From Ramazzottius varieornatus (lineage: Eukaryota > Animalia > Tardigrada), in contig BDGG01000005.1 of assembly GCA_001949185.1 (NCBI GenBank), forward strand, positions 1,601,249 through 1,665,248: a DNA stretch of 64,000 nt, read 5' to 3'. The position numbers and the translations under genes were made by a program. The number at the start of each line of letters is the position of its first letter. Position 1 is the first letter of the stretch. Below the pieces are notes generated by a model. The model worked only from the letters and a program-made list of their open reading frames with translations. It was not told where the DNA came from and made no database searches. Below are positions 37,512 through 49,588 of the stretch, in pieces.

Positions 37512-38220
37512 TGCGCGCGATCTGTCGAGTAAGCCGTCACACAAAGGAACGATATGGCAGAAAGTTCAGCAATTTGTATAACACACAGTGGTCCAGGTAG
37601 TTACAAACTAAAACAATATCAAAGGGTGAGTAGCATTCTGAACGGTCGAACTCGGGCAGAGTGAAAAAATTAATCAAAACACCAAAGACGCTTACCGCAC
37701 AGACTCCAGCGTAGTCGACGTTACACGATGCTCGAACTTGCGAAGACAGTGGAGAAAGAGAAGATGGTAATCTTCCAGCACACCGCGCTAGTGATTACTT
37801 TTGGGCGTGCCCTTCCTCGTGACTCGACAGCGTAGATCTTATTTACAGAACCAGAGCGGAGATTCTCTCTGCGAGAAAGCCTCGGAAAGTTTGAAGAAGA
37901 CAGTTCTTCAGCTCGTTCAGTTACGGAATCTGAAGGAAATGGGCAACCCACAATGGAATTTACATCGGAGTTTTATCGAATTTGGACTCTTCGACTTTGT
38001 CCAGACGTCAGACAGCAATCAAGAGTAAAGCATCGAACACAATCAACCGTACAAATGACAGATCCGCTTGATTGTTGATTGGTCGGTACAGTCTTCTAGA
38101 AACGACAAAGAATTTGCACGATGTCGCACGATGACGATGTCATCCCGCACTGATCGTCGGACATGAAAATCCCGAAAGATGGAGGAAAAGAAATTACCCA
38201 GCTACCTAGATTAGCCTGCT

Positions 38221-38550
38221 TTAGTGCGTCATCGGAACAGGTCCTTTGGCCGAGTTGGCAGGATGCGAGGCTTTGATCTTTTCCAGTTCCGCTTTCAACT
38301 TCTTGCTAAATTCGTCGTCGAGTTCATCATCGTCCCAGTTCTCCGACCAGGCCGCAGCTTTTTCGTCCTCCCTGCCTTCATCTTGCTTGGTCCAGTCTTC
38401 AACAGGGAATTCTTCAAAGTCATCATCGTCGTCCAGGAAGAGCATCTCCGCGATGCGAGTGCGTTTAGCTGGCTCAGCCTTGGCGTTGTCTCCTCCGGCG
38501 TCCTTCGATCCGTCTTTGTCGCCCTTGGCGTCCTTAGCATTGGAATCCAT
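38221..38550 (-). CDS. SEM1: 26S proteasome lid subunit SEM1/DSS1 (single-exon CDS)
   Basis: LDDDDDFEEFPVEDW ... WSENWDDDELDDEFSKKLKAELEK. Confidence 0.93.
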   Translation of the reverse strand: MDSNAKDAKGDKDGSKDAGGDNAKAEPAKRTRIAEMLFLDDDDDFEEFPVEDWTKQDEGREDEKAAAWSENWDDDELDDEFSKKLKAELEKIKASHPANSAKGPVPMTH

Positions 38551-39046
38551 GATATCAAGAGGTTCAATAAAGCAACAGGTTAAAAAAATTGACTGGAGAA
38601 GAACTCTGGAGTCTGGACCAAGAATCCGCAGTCTCCGGACAGAAATTATATACAATAAAAATACAAGTAATTTTGGTTTTTGAGAAACGAAAACAGGTTT
38701 GACCTCATGAGCACTGACGAGCTNCGCATAGGGAACTCGAATCACCGGAAAAAAAGGTCGGTNGAATAAAGGCAGGTAGAAATAGCTCGTCAGTGTCCAT
38801 GAGGCTCCATCAGTACCATCACTCGGGGCACCCCGGGTGACTACCCCGAGAGCGTGAATGTTACTCCTCGGTAAAAATTTCTCAGTTTTATTCCGTTTTA
38901 TGTCTACCCAGAATCCTCTCTCCACCGTGGCACTGTTCACTGTTCAGTTCCGTTTGCACCATCAACGTACGGATTGGGAGCGTCGAATCTCCAGAGTTTC
39001 CGTTTTCACTGTTGAGCGCTGCTGTTTGTCCATCCAGCGCTGAGCT

Positions 39047-39612
39047 ATGCCGACGTACGAGGTTGTGCTCCTGACGAAGCAATGTCGGCGACCCGAAGCG
39101 AGGGTTATTATAAGGAGGATATCTGATCTGTTATGGAGTAAGAAAGGATTGATCCGGGATATTGAATTCATGGGAGATTTGAAGACACCTGTCAGAATAC
39201 ACGCGCACGGTTAGTATTTAGCTGCCCCTTATTATTTTGTTGCTCGTTCTAACATTTTCCTCTCTGTACAGGTAGTTATCACTGGAATGCTTTGTACTGG
39301 TTATTGTCATTCGACATGCCGGTAAATTTAATGAGAGAACTGCCTGAAGAGTTCAAAAGAGACGTTGACGTCTTGAAGTTTACGCTGACTCGAAAGAAGA
39401 ACGAGGAAACAATAGTACAGGTATAACTTCCGGTCACACCCCATCAATGGTTCGCATTTCGTTTCTTCCATTCGCGGTTAATGCATTGTATTGAATTTTT
39501 GCAGAAAGTGGAATGTCTATTGGAAGAAGAAAGCCTGCCTCCAGCTCACCGTCAGGACGTGGCAGACCTGATAAAATATGGCAAACGCCCAGTTCCTTCT
39601 CGACAGCTGTAA
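39047..39612 (+). CDS. MRPS6: Mitochondrial ribosomal protein S6 (3 exons; absent from the ORF track)
   Basis: MPTYEVVLLTK..GLIRDIEFMG..P.RIHAHG; FKRDVDVLK; ECLLEEESLPPAHRQDVADLI. Confidence 0.85.
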
Positions 39613-40090
39613 GTTTTGTGCTCTTTGTTCCTTTTTATTTCGCGGAGGCGAGCTAGGAGTGAAACTTTTACCATGTACAGTCTATTTAGTTTTACCTGCT
39701 ATCTCTCTGTTAGAAGTTGTTGGTCTAGCATACAATAAACATGCGGGAAAACTGCACCTCAAGTCACTTCCGGTTCGGGGAAGTGAAGAAATGGTGCTGT
39801 CAGATCTACTCTGGCTAATGGCGACTACTCACACTGAGTCGCGAACTTTCATTATCATGGTCTTGATTTCGACGGAGCAGAACCTCTCAAGTTAAAACTT
39901 CGTTCTACAAAAGAATCTAGCACCACGCTTACGAAATACATACAGCGTATGGCCACGATGGCCACGAGAACGAGGAATGCGCTGACGGCCGTTTTGTCAG
40001 AGTTCCGAAGCAAAGCCCGACTTCACAACTCGCGATAAAAACTGTGCAGGAAGAAAGCAAGTAAGCGGGTTGCAGACAATAACATCACAG

Positions 40091-41162
40091 CTAATAATCA
40101 TTCTTCTTTGCATTCTCCACCACGATCTGGTAAGGAGTTCGACTCAGGAAGGAAACCGTATCTCCAATCGGCGTCAAGTTTTCCAGGTCCGCTCCCCAAT
40201 CATCTCCATCGATGCCTGGAAACATCTCATCGTTTAGCCATGATCTCTCAACGACCATACAGTGGCATGGTATGTAATCTACCTACTTTCTCCCGGCATC
40301 AGCGGAGGAACTTTCAGCAAGTTTGTTTTCGCATCGACGATGAAGTCATTTTCCCTTGCGCCTAAAAGACGTCTGTCACGTGAAGAATTTCGCGTTGCGC
40401 GAAATCAATACCAATAAAAGAAGCGGAAACCTACAGGAAGCGGCAGCTGGTTGATCATTGCTGTGCCCAGTCAGATCCGCGAAGCGTTGAAGAGTAATGA
40501 TGTCGTACACCTGGCGGATATGTTCCACAGCCAGAAGTTTCATACGCTCTGCAAAGATGAGGCGAGAGACAACTCCCCTGTCCAGAGCTACACACATTAC
40601 AGACACCTGCCCAGTGTAGTGCTTACTGTTTAGGGGAACGGTATACGGAACCAAAGATTCCGGCCAGACAATAGCCTTCCAAGCTGAGTGGACCTTGGAG
40701 AAGGACTTCTCGTGGAGAAACTCAGCGGTCTTGGCAATGCCTAGTAGCAGAGCGTTTCCCTGCAAGGATATAAGGTGAATAGAATACGAGAGACGAGACT
40801 ACTGCAATCATAACGGTAAATATTTTACATACACAGACCTTGTACTCGTCTGGCAGACGCATCTGAATGTATGCGACTTCAATCCTGCAAAAACGGCACA
40901 GGGTATTGCTATGGCTTCGTACTGCAGGCGGCACTTCGGAGTTCGCACTCTAGAAGAAAAATGGCTGCTCACGGTCTTCGCTCGACAATACTGGTCAGCA
41001 TTAGTTGTGCATAATCGTCCGCAGACAGCTTCTGCAATGCAGCGATATAATTAGAGTACAGTACTGACAAACCACAAATCGGCAGACAGAAGTGCTTACA
41101 ATGTTCTGGCTTCTCTCGGCACGCTCCAGGTGGTCCGGGAGTGAGTTTCCTGGTGCCTCCAT
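40091..41162 (-). CDS. COPS8: COP9 signalosome subunit 8-like (PCI protein)
   Basis: Small multi-exon protein with DYAQLML, QMRLPDEYK, AIVWPESLVP and IRQVYDIITLQRFADLTG. The C-terminal LTPIGDTVSFL resembles CSN8 LTDYVAFL. Divergent. Confidence 0.65.
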
Positions 41163-41980
41163 AGCCACTGACAGGGCAAAGTCGGCCAGACGAATCCTAA
41201 GCCCCGCACATTCCAGAACAAGTGTTGGGGTCCGAGGGCTCCGGATTAGTTCAGCTGTAATAAACACGCATGCCAACACGGAACGGACGGCCCTTTGAGA
41301 ATTGAGATGGAAGCAACTATATGGTATATACTGCGGTATGAGTACGTACGTGTACATGAACGTTCGCCCGGCGAAGGAAGCAGCTGTGGTCAGAACCTAC
41401 GCGCGTCGACGATCGGATGAAAGATGGCCACGGAATCCGCTTTTCGGATGCGATATAGGGATCTATCACTTTACGAACCCAAACTCCCTCAAGATCGCTG
41501 CACGAAGTTTCCTCGAACCCTGCTCGAATTTTATCAGCAGAAAAACGATAACAATCGCTATCATCAGTGACGCCATAACTAAAGGAGTACGAGCCTACGA
41601 TTGAGTGAACCTACGATTGATTGGATGATTACACGGTTTTTGTTTCATGAGATTTGAAGCGGAATCGCAGTCTCATGGTTGAACTTCATGATCAGTTTTC
41701 AGTTTTTCATCTAATCGACTTTCAGCTAAGTTAAGTGATCCGTTACTTCCGTCTCAACTCTCAAGGAATTTTGACTTGCTGGAGCTCCTTCGTAAGGTGC
41801 TCCTTGAACTTCAACAGCAGTTTCGTCACAGGTGAAAGATCTCTTCTTCGTATTCCCGACTGGACGCATCAGGCAGAAATAGTCACCTGACGCACGAGGA
41901 GGGATGATGTGATAAGGACTTATTTGAACCTCTTGTCAAAGTCGCTAATAAGGCGTTCTACCGTTGTCCCTTCAGCTGCA

Positions 41981-42677
41981 ATGTCGTCGTCGAACGGCTC
42001 GTGCTTGTTTTGTAAGATATCCGATGGTAAAGACGACAAGACCGTTCTTCTTCGAGATGTAAGTACATCCACTGTTTGGGCTCGGATGTCGTGAACGATG
42101 TAACACTGTGGTTCTTAATTACAGTAGTTAGTAACATTCCGTGGTTATGTGTGCAGGACGATGGAATCGTGGTCTTTCGGGATATCCATCCCGCGACTAC
42201 TCATCACTACCTGGTGGTCCCGAAGCGGCATGTGCGGAACGTGAACGAGCTTGTTCCTGATGACGCGGAACTGATGGAAAGGCTTGTCGCCGCGGGAAAG
42301 CAAGTTTTGGGCGAGCAGGGCGTGAAAGACTACGACGACGTTCGGTATGGCAATGATCCACCCTGCAAATCTATGTGACCACGTATATTATTCGTTCGTA
42401 AGGTGGTCTGTTGTCGTTTTTTCCAGGATGGGCTATCATCTGCCACCGTTTAACGGTATCCACCACCTGCACCTGCATGTTCTCCACCCTGTCTCCCAAA
42501 TGGGCTTCCTGTCGCGACTGTACTTCCGGCCAGATTCCTGGTGGTTCACTACCGTAAGATCTTACAATCGCGCTCTCTGGGTAACTGAACCTTCCTAATA
42601 TTGATCTGGCTGGTATCTTTTAGAGCGACTCTGCTCTCAAGAAACTCGAAAAGAAGAACCACAAAGACAACGAATGA
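41981..42677 (+). CDS. HINT3: Histidine triad nucleotide-binding protein 3
   Basis: CLFCKI, FRDIHPATTHHYLVVPKRH, MGYHLPPFNGIHHLHLHVLHP (HIT motif) and YFRPDSWWF. Confidence 0.9.
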
Positions 42678-43161
42678 TGTTGGAGGGATCAAACTGAAGA
42701 AACGGAAGTCTTTGGCACTTACCGCGTAGCCCGCCTTTAGTATGGACCGGTATTGTCGATTTCAAAATTCGTGATTTGATTGTCTACGTCCCGGTGCTTG
42801 TACTGTCTCCGACTTTCATGGTGCCTTGTCAATTTGCCTCATCATTCGTCTTCTAAATTAAACATGTTGCTTTTTGACAAGAAACTGTTTCAAAGGTGTT
42901 CATTGCACCTCGTGACTCCATGGCAGCAATCGGGTTCTTTGTTTTTACATGTCGGCTGCCGCACTTTCCCGATCGGAACGTTGTCATCTTTTGGAAAACT
43001 GTCTGTTTCCTGTTTTCACTGTTCTTGATCTGTAATATTTTATGGATTATTGTGCTGAAATCATTCATGCGCCACCATGAAAACAAACTATGGGCAAATG
43101 ATTGACCTATTGCCCGCTGAACGTGTATTCCCGACTCCAGTATCCAAGCAACCTTGGGAGG

Positions 43162-45124
43162 ATGCTTCCGGTTATTGTGTATTCGTGGCCGTCGTACTTA
43201 CTTCTTGCTTTGTGCTACATACAACCCGAATCCGTCAAAGGTACTCGTACTTTATATTAACAAAAAAATCAACAAGAACGTACGTTAAAAATTGAACTAA
43301 ATTCGAGCTCCCATCACGCTTTTCTTCTCTAGCCCAATCTCAAGATATCGCTTACAATAACTCAAAGTGTCACCGTCACTTATACAGGAGGGCCGGTTAA
43401 CATCCGCCAAACCGATCGAACGCAAGTCTCGAATAATGGAACGAATCAGGTCCAGATTGTTGATGGGACCAACTAACAGAGTGTGGTTATAAACGTGCCA
43501 GGATACGCACCAAACGGCCCGGGAAGGCCAGGCGATGGAACAGATCCAAATGGAAATATCGGAGCGGCCACCGGCGGACCACCGGAAACGACCACGAAGA
43601 AGAAAAAATCTGCAGGACCCGTTGTCGGCGGTGTCTTTGGTGGCCTGTCCGGACTAGGGATGATAGGTTCCGGTGTCTATTACTTTCTGAAGTGGAGAGC
43701 GAAGAAGGGCTTTACGAAGAAGGCGAAGAACATGGAGAAGACCTTCGTAGCAGGATCAAGAGGCGAGCGTCGAACCGGAAGACGTTTATGCCGTATTGAA
43801 TGCGCAGACACCGTTTTCTTCGCTTTCTGTGACGATCGTTAATTACCTTAACATTAGAAAGAACATGGAGGAACTCCAGAATTCTGATTGTCATCCTGAC
43901 TTCCTGTTACTAATGTGGCGCCGTCTGGCTTGGGTCGGGTACGTAATGATCCACCTGGGTCCACAACTCAGGGGGTTATCTACGTATACGGACGGTATAC
44001 ACTGATTGCTTGTTTGATGCGCCATTCCATTGAATCAGACAGCACTGTAGTGCTGCTGAACCGCGCGTTGCCGGGACCAGAAACGCATAATTAAGCTCTT
44101 GATTGTGTACGTCAAAGGCGATAGTAGGCTGGGACCAGTGCATAGCCAGTTGCACAGGGAATCCATGCCGTCATTCCAAGACGTGCGAAACAAAAAGCAA
44201 GCAATGCAAGACTCGTTCTGAATACTTCTGTATCCAGTGTCAGCGCCTTGGCGTGTGGGACAGCCTATATCATGATAAAGCGAAGTTTATGGTAACCTGG
44301 TCTCAGATAGACGCGCGGTTCAGCAGCACTACAGTGTCGGACAGTAATTCAGACTTGTTGTTTTGAATGATTTTTGCTCGACATTCCATGCCATTCGTAT
44401 GTATGCCACTCGTAGCAAGAGATTTGTTCTGTTTCAGTCCGTCCGGATGAATGAGGTGATCTTCCCTGAATCTAAATGAATATCTTCAGGTCCCAAGGTA
44501 AGCTACGCTTGGATCTTAAGGAAGGAGAAAGCTCCGTTCGCTCCAGCAAGCTTGAACGAGCGCAAAGCACACCGGAGCTGCCAGCAGAGAGCTAGACCAT
44601 CAACCTGGAACCAGAAGTAAAGCCACCAACCCCGGTTACTCCGTCCGTGGACCAGGATGACATCGTATACGAAAAGAAGCTTCGGCCGCCATCTACACCA
44701 GCTCATATTGACGAGTTTTCCAAAGCGAAGAAGCGCCCAGTCGTCGTGGCCACCATAAAGCAGTCCATCGTTCTTCCCACCAATCGCCCACAGTTTGGCG
44801 TTGCTGAAGATCTGCAGTCACTACTTCACTGCACACGGAACGTACAGGATATCAACCAACTGCAGCCTGCGCTCAGCCAGGAAGTTCGACCGGACACCTA
44901 CATTCCCAGATTTCGACTGTTGATTCAGGTGGAAGAGTACGAGGAGATGATTAACAGGAAACCAGTCATCCGCAACATCGTGCTGGGTGGCAGTCCTGCT
45001 GGGTCTGGCAGGAGGGATTTCATCGTACACTGTGATGCAAGAGACTTCCGTCATGGTCAGAAGTTCTTCTTTAGAGCAGCACTCTCCCCTCGAAAGGTTT
45101 ACGAAGGCAAAGTGATTAGTACAG
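43162..45124 (+). pseudogene. 5' half of a decayed gene: signal peptide, TM helix, Cys-rich segment, MOV10/Armitage-like stalk/1B region
   Basis: Exon MLPVIVYSWPSYLLLALCYIQPESVK; TM PVVGGVFGGLSGLGMIGSGVYYFL followed by KWRAKK; Cys-rich CIASCTGNPC..C..C..FCIQC; VRPDTYIPRFRLLIQVEE...VYEGKV resembles MOV10. In-frame stops at 43474, 44088, 44100 and 44593, plus frameshifts. Confidence 0.55.
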
Positions 45125-45259
45125 GTAAGGCAACCAAAATCTTGGACTGTGTTATTATCTATATGCTTGTCGGGCTGAATAGCGCCCCGTGACGTAATGA
45201 AACCTTTGTTGTTTCTGGCTTTGTTATGGTGAGCCGGGCGATTCAAAAGTCCACAGTAC

Positions 45260-45436
45260 TTTTACCGCGCACGTACCCGCGGATAAAGTCAGTTTATCGG
45301 ATGCGCGGAGAAACTAGTTTCTCCGCGCGTACACCCGCGGTGAAGCTCTTGTCATAGTCCGCGCGTGGATGCGCGGAAAAAGCATTTTACCGCGCACGGA
45401 GTTTCTCCGCGCATGCACCCGCGGCTTGGTCTACTA
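45260..45436. repeat. CCGCGC/CCGCGG palindromic repeat cluster (probable MITE remnant)
   Basis: Repeated TTT(T/C)(A/T)CCGCGC..CCCGCGG units in both orientations; perfect 26-bp palindrome GCGCGGAGAAACTAGTTTCTCCGCGC at 45303-45328. Confidence 0.8.
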
Positions 45437-45817
45437 TGCCATTCCGCCATTTGCCATATTCCATTTCGAAAAATTTCCATTGGTCCATTTTAGCCGCACC
45501 AAGCTGACCAAAATGGTTCAGGCAGCTCGGAACTGAGCTGTGAGCTTGACGCTTGCAAGTGTGAGTCACTGCGAAAGAGAAACATTATGTAACATCGACA
45601 AGCAATAAACTAATCAAACGGCAACACAGACAATAGCTTTGAAAACGACGAAAGGGTTATCTTGTGAAACTTGCGTGGTCTCCTGAATTTTCTATCCAAT
45701 ACCCCAGCTTCTTCTTATCCCAAGCCTACTGCGACTACAGCGTGGAAGCGCGAATCAGGTAGGCCTCGTCTGGATTATTTGCTTGCGGTGTGGTGGCAAG
45801 ATCTGACACTGCTGCAG

Positions 45818-47132
45818 ATGACCGAGGTGGAGTGCAGCGCGGCTGCAAATGGAGATCTCTCCACAATGATTACTTCCAGCAAGGTGGACGCAAATTCTTC
45901 TGAAAGGACAGTCAAGATACGAGTGATGGAGGACGATACGAACATGCGTCTTGAAGATTTCACGCAAAGTTTTGCTACAGGTAAGAGCTAACGTTTGGTC
46001 CTACCCAGATTAACTCGCGCACGTTGGTTGTCTTGTTTCTGGGTGGATGGTACTTTCCTACATCGGTAGTTTAGTAACCGGCCACGTCTCTATACTGTAG
46101 GTCAAGTTGTGTGGGCTATCAACAAGGGCTGGCGCAAGGCCAAGATCATCGCAATGGAGACGGACAAATATCCCGGTGACCACAGCTTTCCCGTCCCTGT
46201 TTACAAGGTTCACTATCTCCGCTTTGGAAAAAGGTAAGCACGGAATTATTCCGGACCTCAAACATGGCTGACTGCACCTTTTGCTCAGGTACGACGAGTG
46301 GATGTTTGGCGATTCGATCATGCGCGTTGGAACTGAGAATGATGCGAAGGCCGCAGCCGAAAATGAAGCCTTCGTGAGAACCACGTAGGTTCGACAGAAA
46401 GAAGCATTGGCCATGGACTTTATCCTATAAGATGGACTAATCTGTCCAAATTTTGATGTTTCAGGGTGACTAAGCGAATGAGAAAGAAAGCGACAAAGAA
46501 AGGGGAGACGGGAATGGAGACGGTGAAGGAGAATGAGAGCATGCCGAAAGCCGTTACTCCTTTATATTCCGCGGAAACCCTTCCAGAAATTTCGGATGTG
46601 CGTGAAAATTCCGTGCTGGACAGTAGCTTCGATGGTCCTCCTTCAAATATGGCAGAGGTCGAAGTCAGTACGGAACATGTTCAAGTTAGTCCGAACTTGA
46701 TTCTGGTTCGATGAAATCACTCGCAGTATGCTTGATAGTAATCTTTTGTAATTTTAGCAGGAAGATCGCAGCGATGATGGGAGATTGGTAATAGACAAAG
46801 AAGCACACATTGAACGGGTAACAGGCAGAGTCAGCGCAGAGTTCACCAATAAAGCTGCTCCTACGGCCACGAAAGAAGACAACGACAAGGACGATACTTC
46901 CGGCGCTTCTCCCCTTAAGCGAGGACATGGTCGACCTGCAAAGGGTGCTGCGAAGGGCGCGAAGAGGAACAACAGGACTAATACCGCACAGACGAGTCAA
47001 CCACGAAGCAAAGCCAAAGAACCCGAACCAGTAGACTGCTCTGAAGATGAGGACCTGGAGGAGGACGATAACATAGAGTCTGCCAATAAAGTCTTCAAGG
47101 ACGCAGTTTTCCATTCGACTGCTGCGATCTAA
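45818..47132 (+). CDS. Chromo-barrel (Tudor-knot, MRG15/Esa1-like) plus AT-hook-like protein, 5 exons in continuous frame
   Basis: Spliced exons 45818-45980, 46101-46233, 46289-46384, 46465-46684 and 46758-47132 give FATGQVVWAINKGWRKAKII...YKVHYLRFGKRYDEWMFGDSIMRVGTEN, a basic KRMRKKATKK stretch and KRGHGRPAK. Confidence 0.75.
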
Positions 47133-47280
47133 AAGATGAAAGACATTAGAGGACAGACTGCTAAGAAGCAACGACTCTCGCATAGAAAGATCCCTAATAC
47201 TTCAGGTAAGTTTGTCATCAATGTTCCACTGTTCGCGACATCAGGCACGAAGTTGAGGTTTGTGCACATTCAACAAATAG

Positions 47281-49392
47281 GCAGCTAGATGATTGGTTAG
47301 GCATTACGATATGAAAGTTAGGAGTACACTGGGCATAACATGGAGTGACTTGCGGTTGACTTCCGGTGAGGCTATACGTCGAGTGTCGAAAGGCCATTCG
47401 CTCACAAACAGAATCCAGAATCGTCTGGCCTCGCTGACTGAACATTGGACCAACCTTCGGTTGAAATACGAAAGAGATCGATCCAAGGCATCGTCCGGAC
47501 GACGGTGACGGTAGTCCAGCAGACCAAGAGTGGTACCCCGGTGCAGAGAACCGCGTCGATGCAATTCCCCCAAGAAGTTCCTGTCCAGTTGGACGCCAGA
47601 TACGTTTCCGAGAGGTGTAGTACCATCTCGAAATCGTTTGTCCAGCTCCAGAACGAAGGTGCTCAACGACACAAGCTGTTGAGCGAAGCTGCTGGCGTAC
47701 GCGAGTTCCTCCGGGTAAGTGTTGCTCGACAGGAAAATCAATAAGAATTGTATTGAAAAATACTTCGTTTGAAAACCCAAAAAATATTGACGTTGACTGG
47801 TTGACGTTGGCTATGTTTTCCAGGATCATCTGGCGGAAAAGGAAAGCGAGCTGAAAAGTGGTGTCTTACAGTCGCTCTTTGAGGCTCCCGTGGACGACTT
47901 GATGGAATGGTGTGATGTCACGATGGCCACTTTGGACGAGCAACCTTACATTCCTGACCAGAAATCAGCCAGCGAGCTCCGACAGCAATACTCGGCGGTC
48001 AGTGACGACATTCGCGCCCACGATCCGGAGTTTGATAGTGTGGAGGAGCTGGGCAAGAAGTCGGTGAAAGCAAGTCCGGCTTACGAACCGGAAGCCAAAC
48101 AGACTTTCGAACAACTTCAGGTACGCGCTTAGTCACAATAATCTGTCCATTGTTTATCAACTTGATGTGTTTTAATGAAAGTTTCTTTCAGGCTCTGAGG
48201 AAAGAACTGAACAGGAAAGCAACCGAGAAAGAAAAGGCTCTCGAGTGAGCTGAGTCGTTACTCGAAACCAGCCGAAAAGTCAACCGAGCGCTTGACGAGA
48301 TCTACCGTCTGGAGAACATCCTGGCCGAGCAACCGGAAGTTGGACTCTGCTTCGTCGTCATGAAGACTCAACGCTGACTTGAACGCGACGGCTCAACGTA
48401 ACGCGAAGGTACTTGATGCCGGTCTGACTTTAATCAACGCTCCGCCGAACAACCACAACCTGATTCACAAGCCCCACGACAAAGTGTCGTCCTCGCTGAT
48501 CGAACTGCAAGAAGCTCTTGGCAGGTTCGCCGATCTTCATGGCCAAGCAGAGAAAAGAAAGGCGATGTTGGAAGACTCGCTGGGCTTTCAGTCGTGGAAG
48601 GCCGATGTGGACGAGATCAACCACTGGATGGATGGGCTTCTACCGACGATGAACGCGGAGCCTTCGGAAGAAGAACTGAGATCGAAAAAAGGATACCGAA
48701 AGCACGCCAAGCAGGTACGTGGAAATTCTCATTTTAGCACTGCGGCACAGCCCTGACTGTTTGATGGGTTGCTCAACAAGGCCGTGCCGTAAGGTTATCG
48801 AGTTGTAGTTTGCAGGTTGCTGACATTAACGCCAACACTGAAATTATCAAAGAGCTTCCCAGTCACGGTAAAGCCATAATCGTTGCTTGGTACTTCGCCT
48901 CAACGACGATCACGACATGTTCGGAACAGATGCTGACTTCGTGGATCGACTTGACGAACCGTGCGGAGCTGATGAACCAAAAGTTCGAGCAGGCCGCCAA
49001 GGCTCGTGGCTTCCTTGGGGACGTCGACTCAGCCTTCGGCGTCGCCGGAACAGGTGCCTGAACGAGCTCAAGCTCTTGAAAGTCTTCGTCAGTGACTATC
49101 AGCGGCTTGGGAAGAGCGCAAGGCGTCGCTGGATGAAACCTTCAATGCCAGAAAGTTCCTGCGAGACCTCGACCAGATCGACGCGACCAGTGCCACGCAG
49201 GCCGCCTACTTGGACACCAAAGAGCTATCAGACTTGACGGGAGACCAGATCCGCAAGTTAATCTCGAGCCACTGGGCTTTCGAGAAAGTGGTGGCACAAC
49301 AGGCAGAGAAGCTTAGGAACTTGGAGAACCAGGCAGTTATTGGTGCAAGAACGCACAGTCGATCGTGGTCGAGTGTTCGGACATGGCCATAA
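47281..49392 (+). pseudogene. Spectrin-like repeat array, disrupted
   Basis: IQNRLASLTEHWTNL, VDDLMEWC..DIRAHDPEFDSVEELGK, LEDSLGFQSWKADVDEINHWM, LTSWIDLTNRA and LISSHWAFEKVVAQQAEKL. In-frame stops (47290, 48246) and frameshifts; introns are retained. Confidence 0.8.
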
Positions 49393-49588
49393 CCGTGACC
49401 AGCATAACAGTCAAGCAATCTGAATTTCAAACAACTCAGCACAATAGGTGTATCGATTCAGTCACATAATTTTTCCCACAGATGAGGAAGTGAGGTCGTT
49501 GGATATACGTACAAGGAAATGTCAGTTCGCCGGTGCAATATGCGTACCTTGTGTTTGCTGAAGGTCAATCTAGGTGTTCTAATTTTAG

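Noticed and set aside
38551-38940. Long N-terminal extension of the SEM1 ORF (239 aa in the ORF track)
   Set aside because: Non-ATG start, ambiguous bases and promoter/UTR-like composition; the ATG at 38550 is preferred.
43474-48248. All premature stops could be explained by C-to-T changes (RIP-like or deamination hypermutation)
   Set aside because: Every stop codon is one C-to-T step from CAA, CAG or CGA, so this is uninformative without an intact copy to align.
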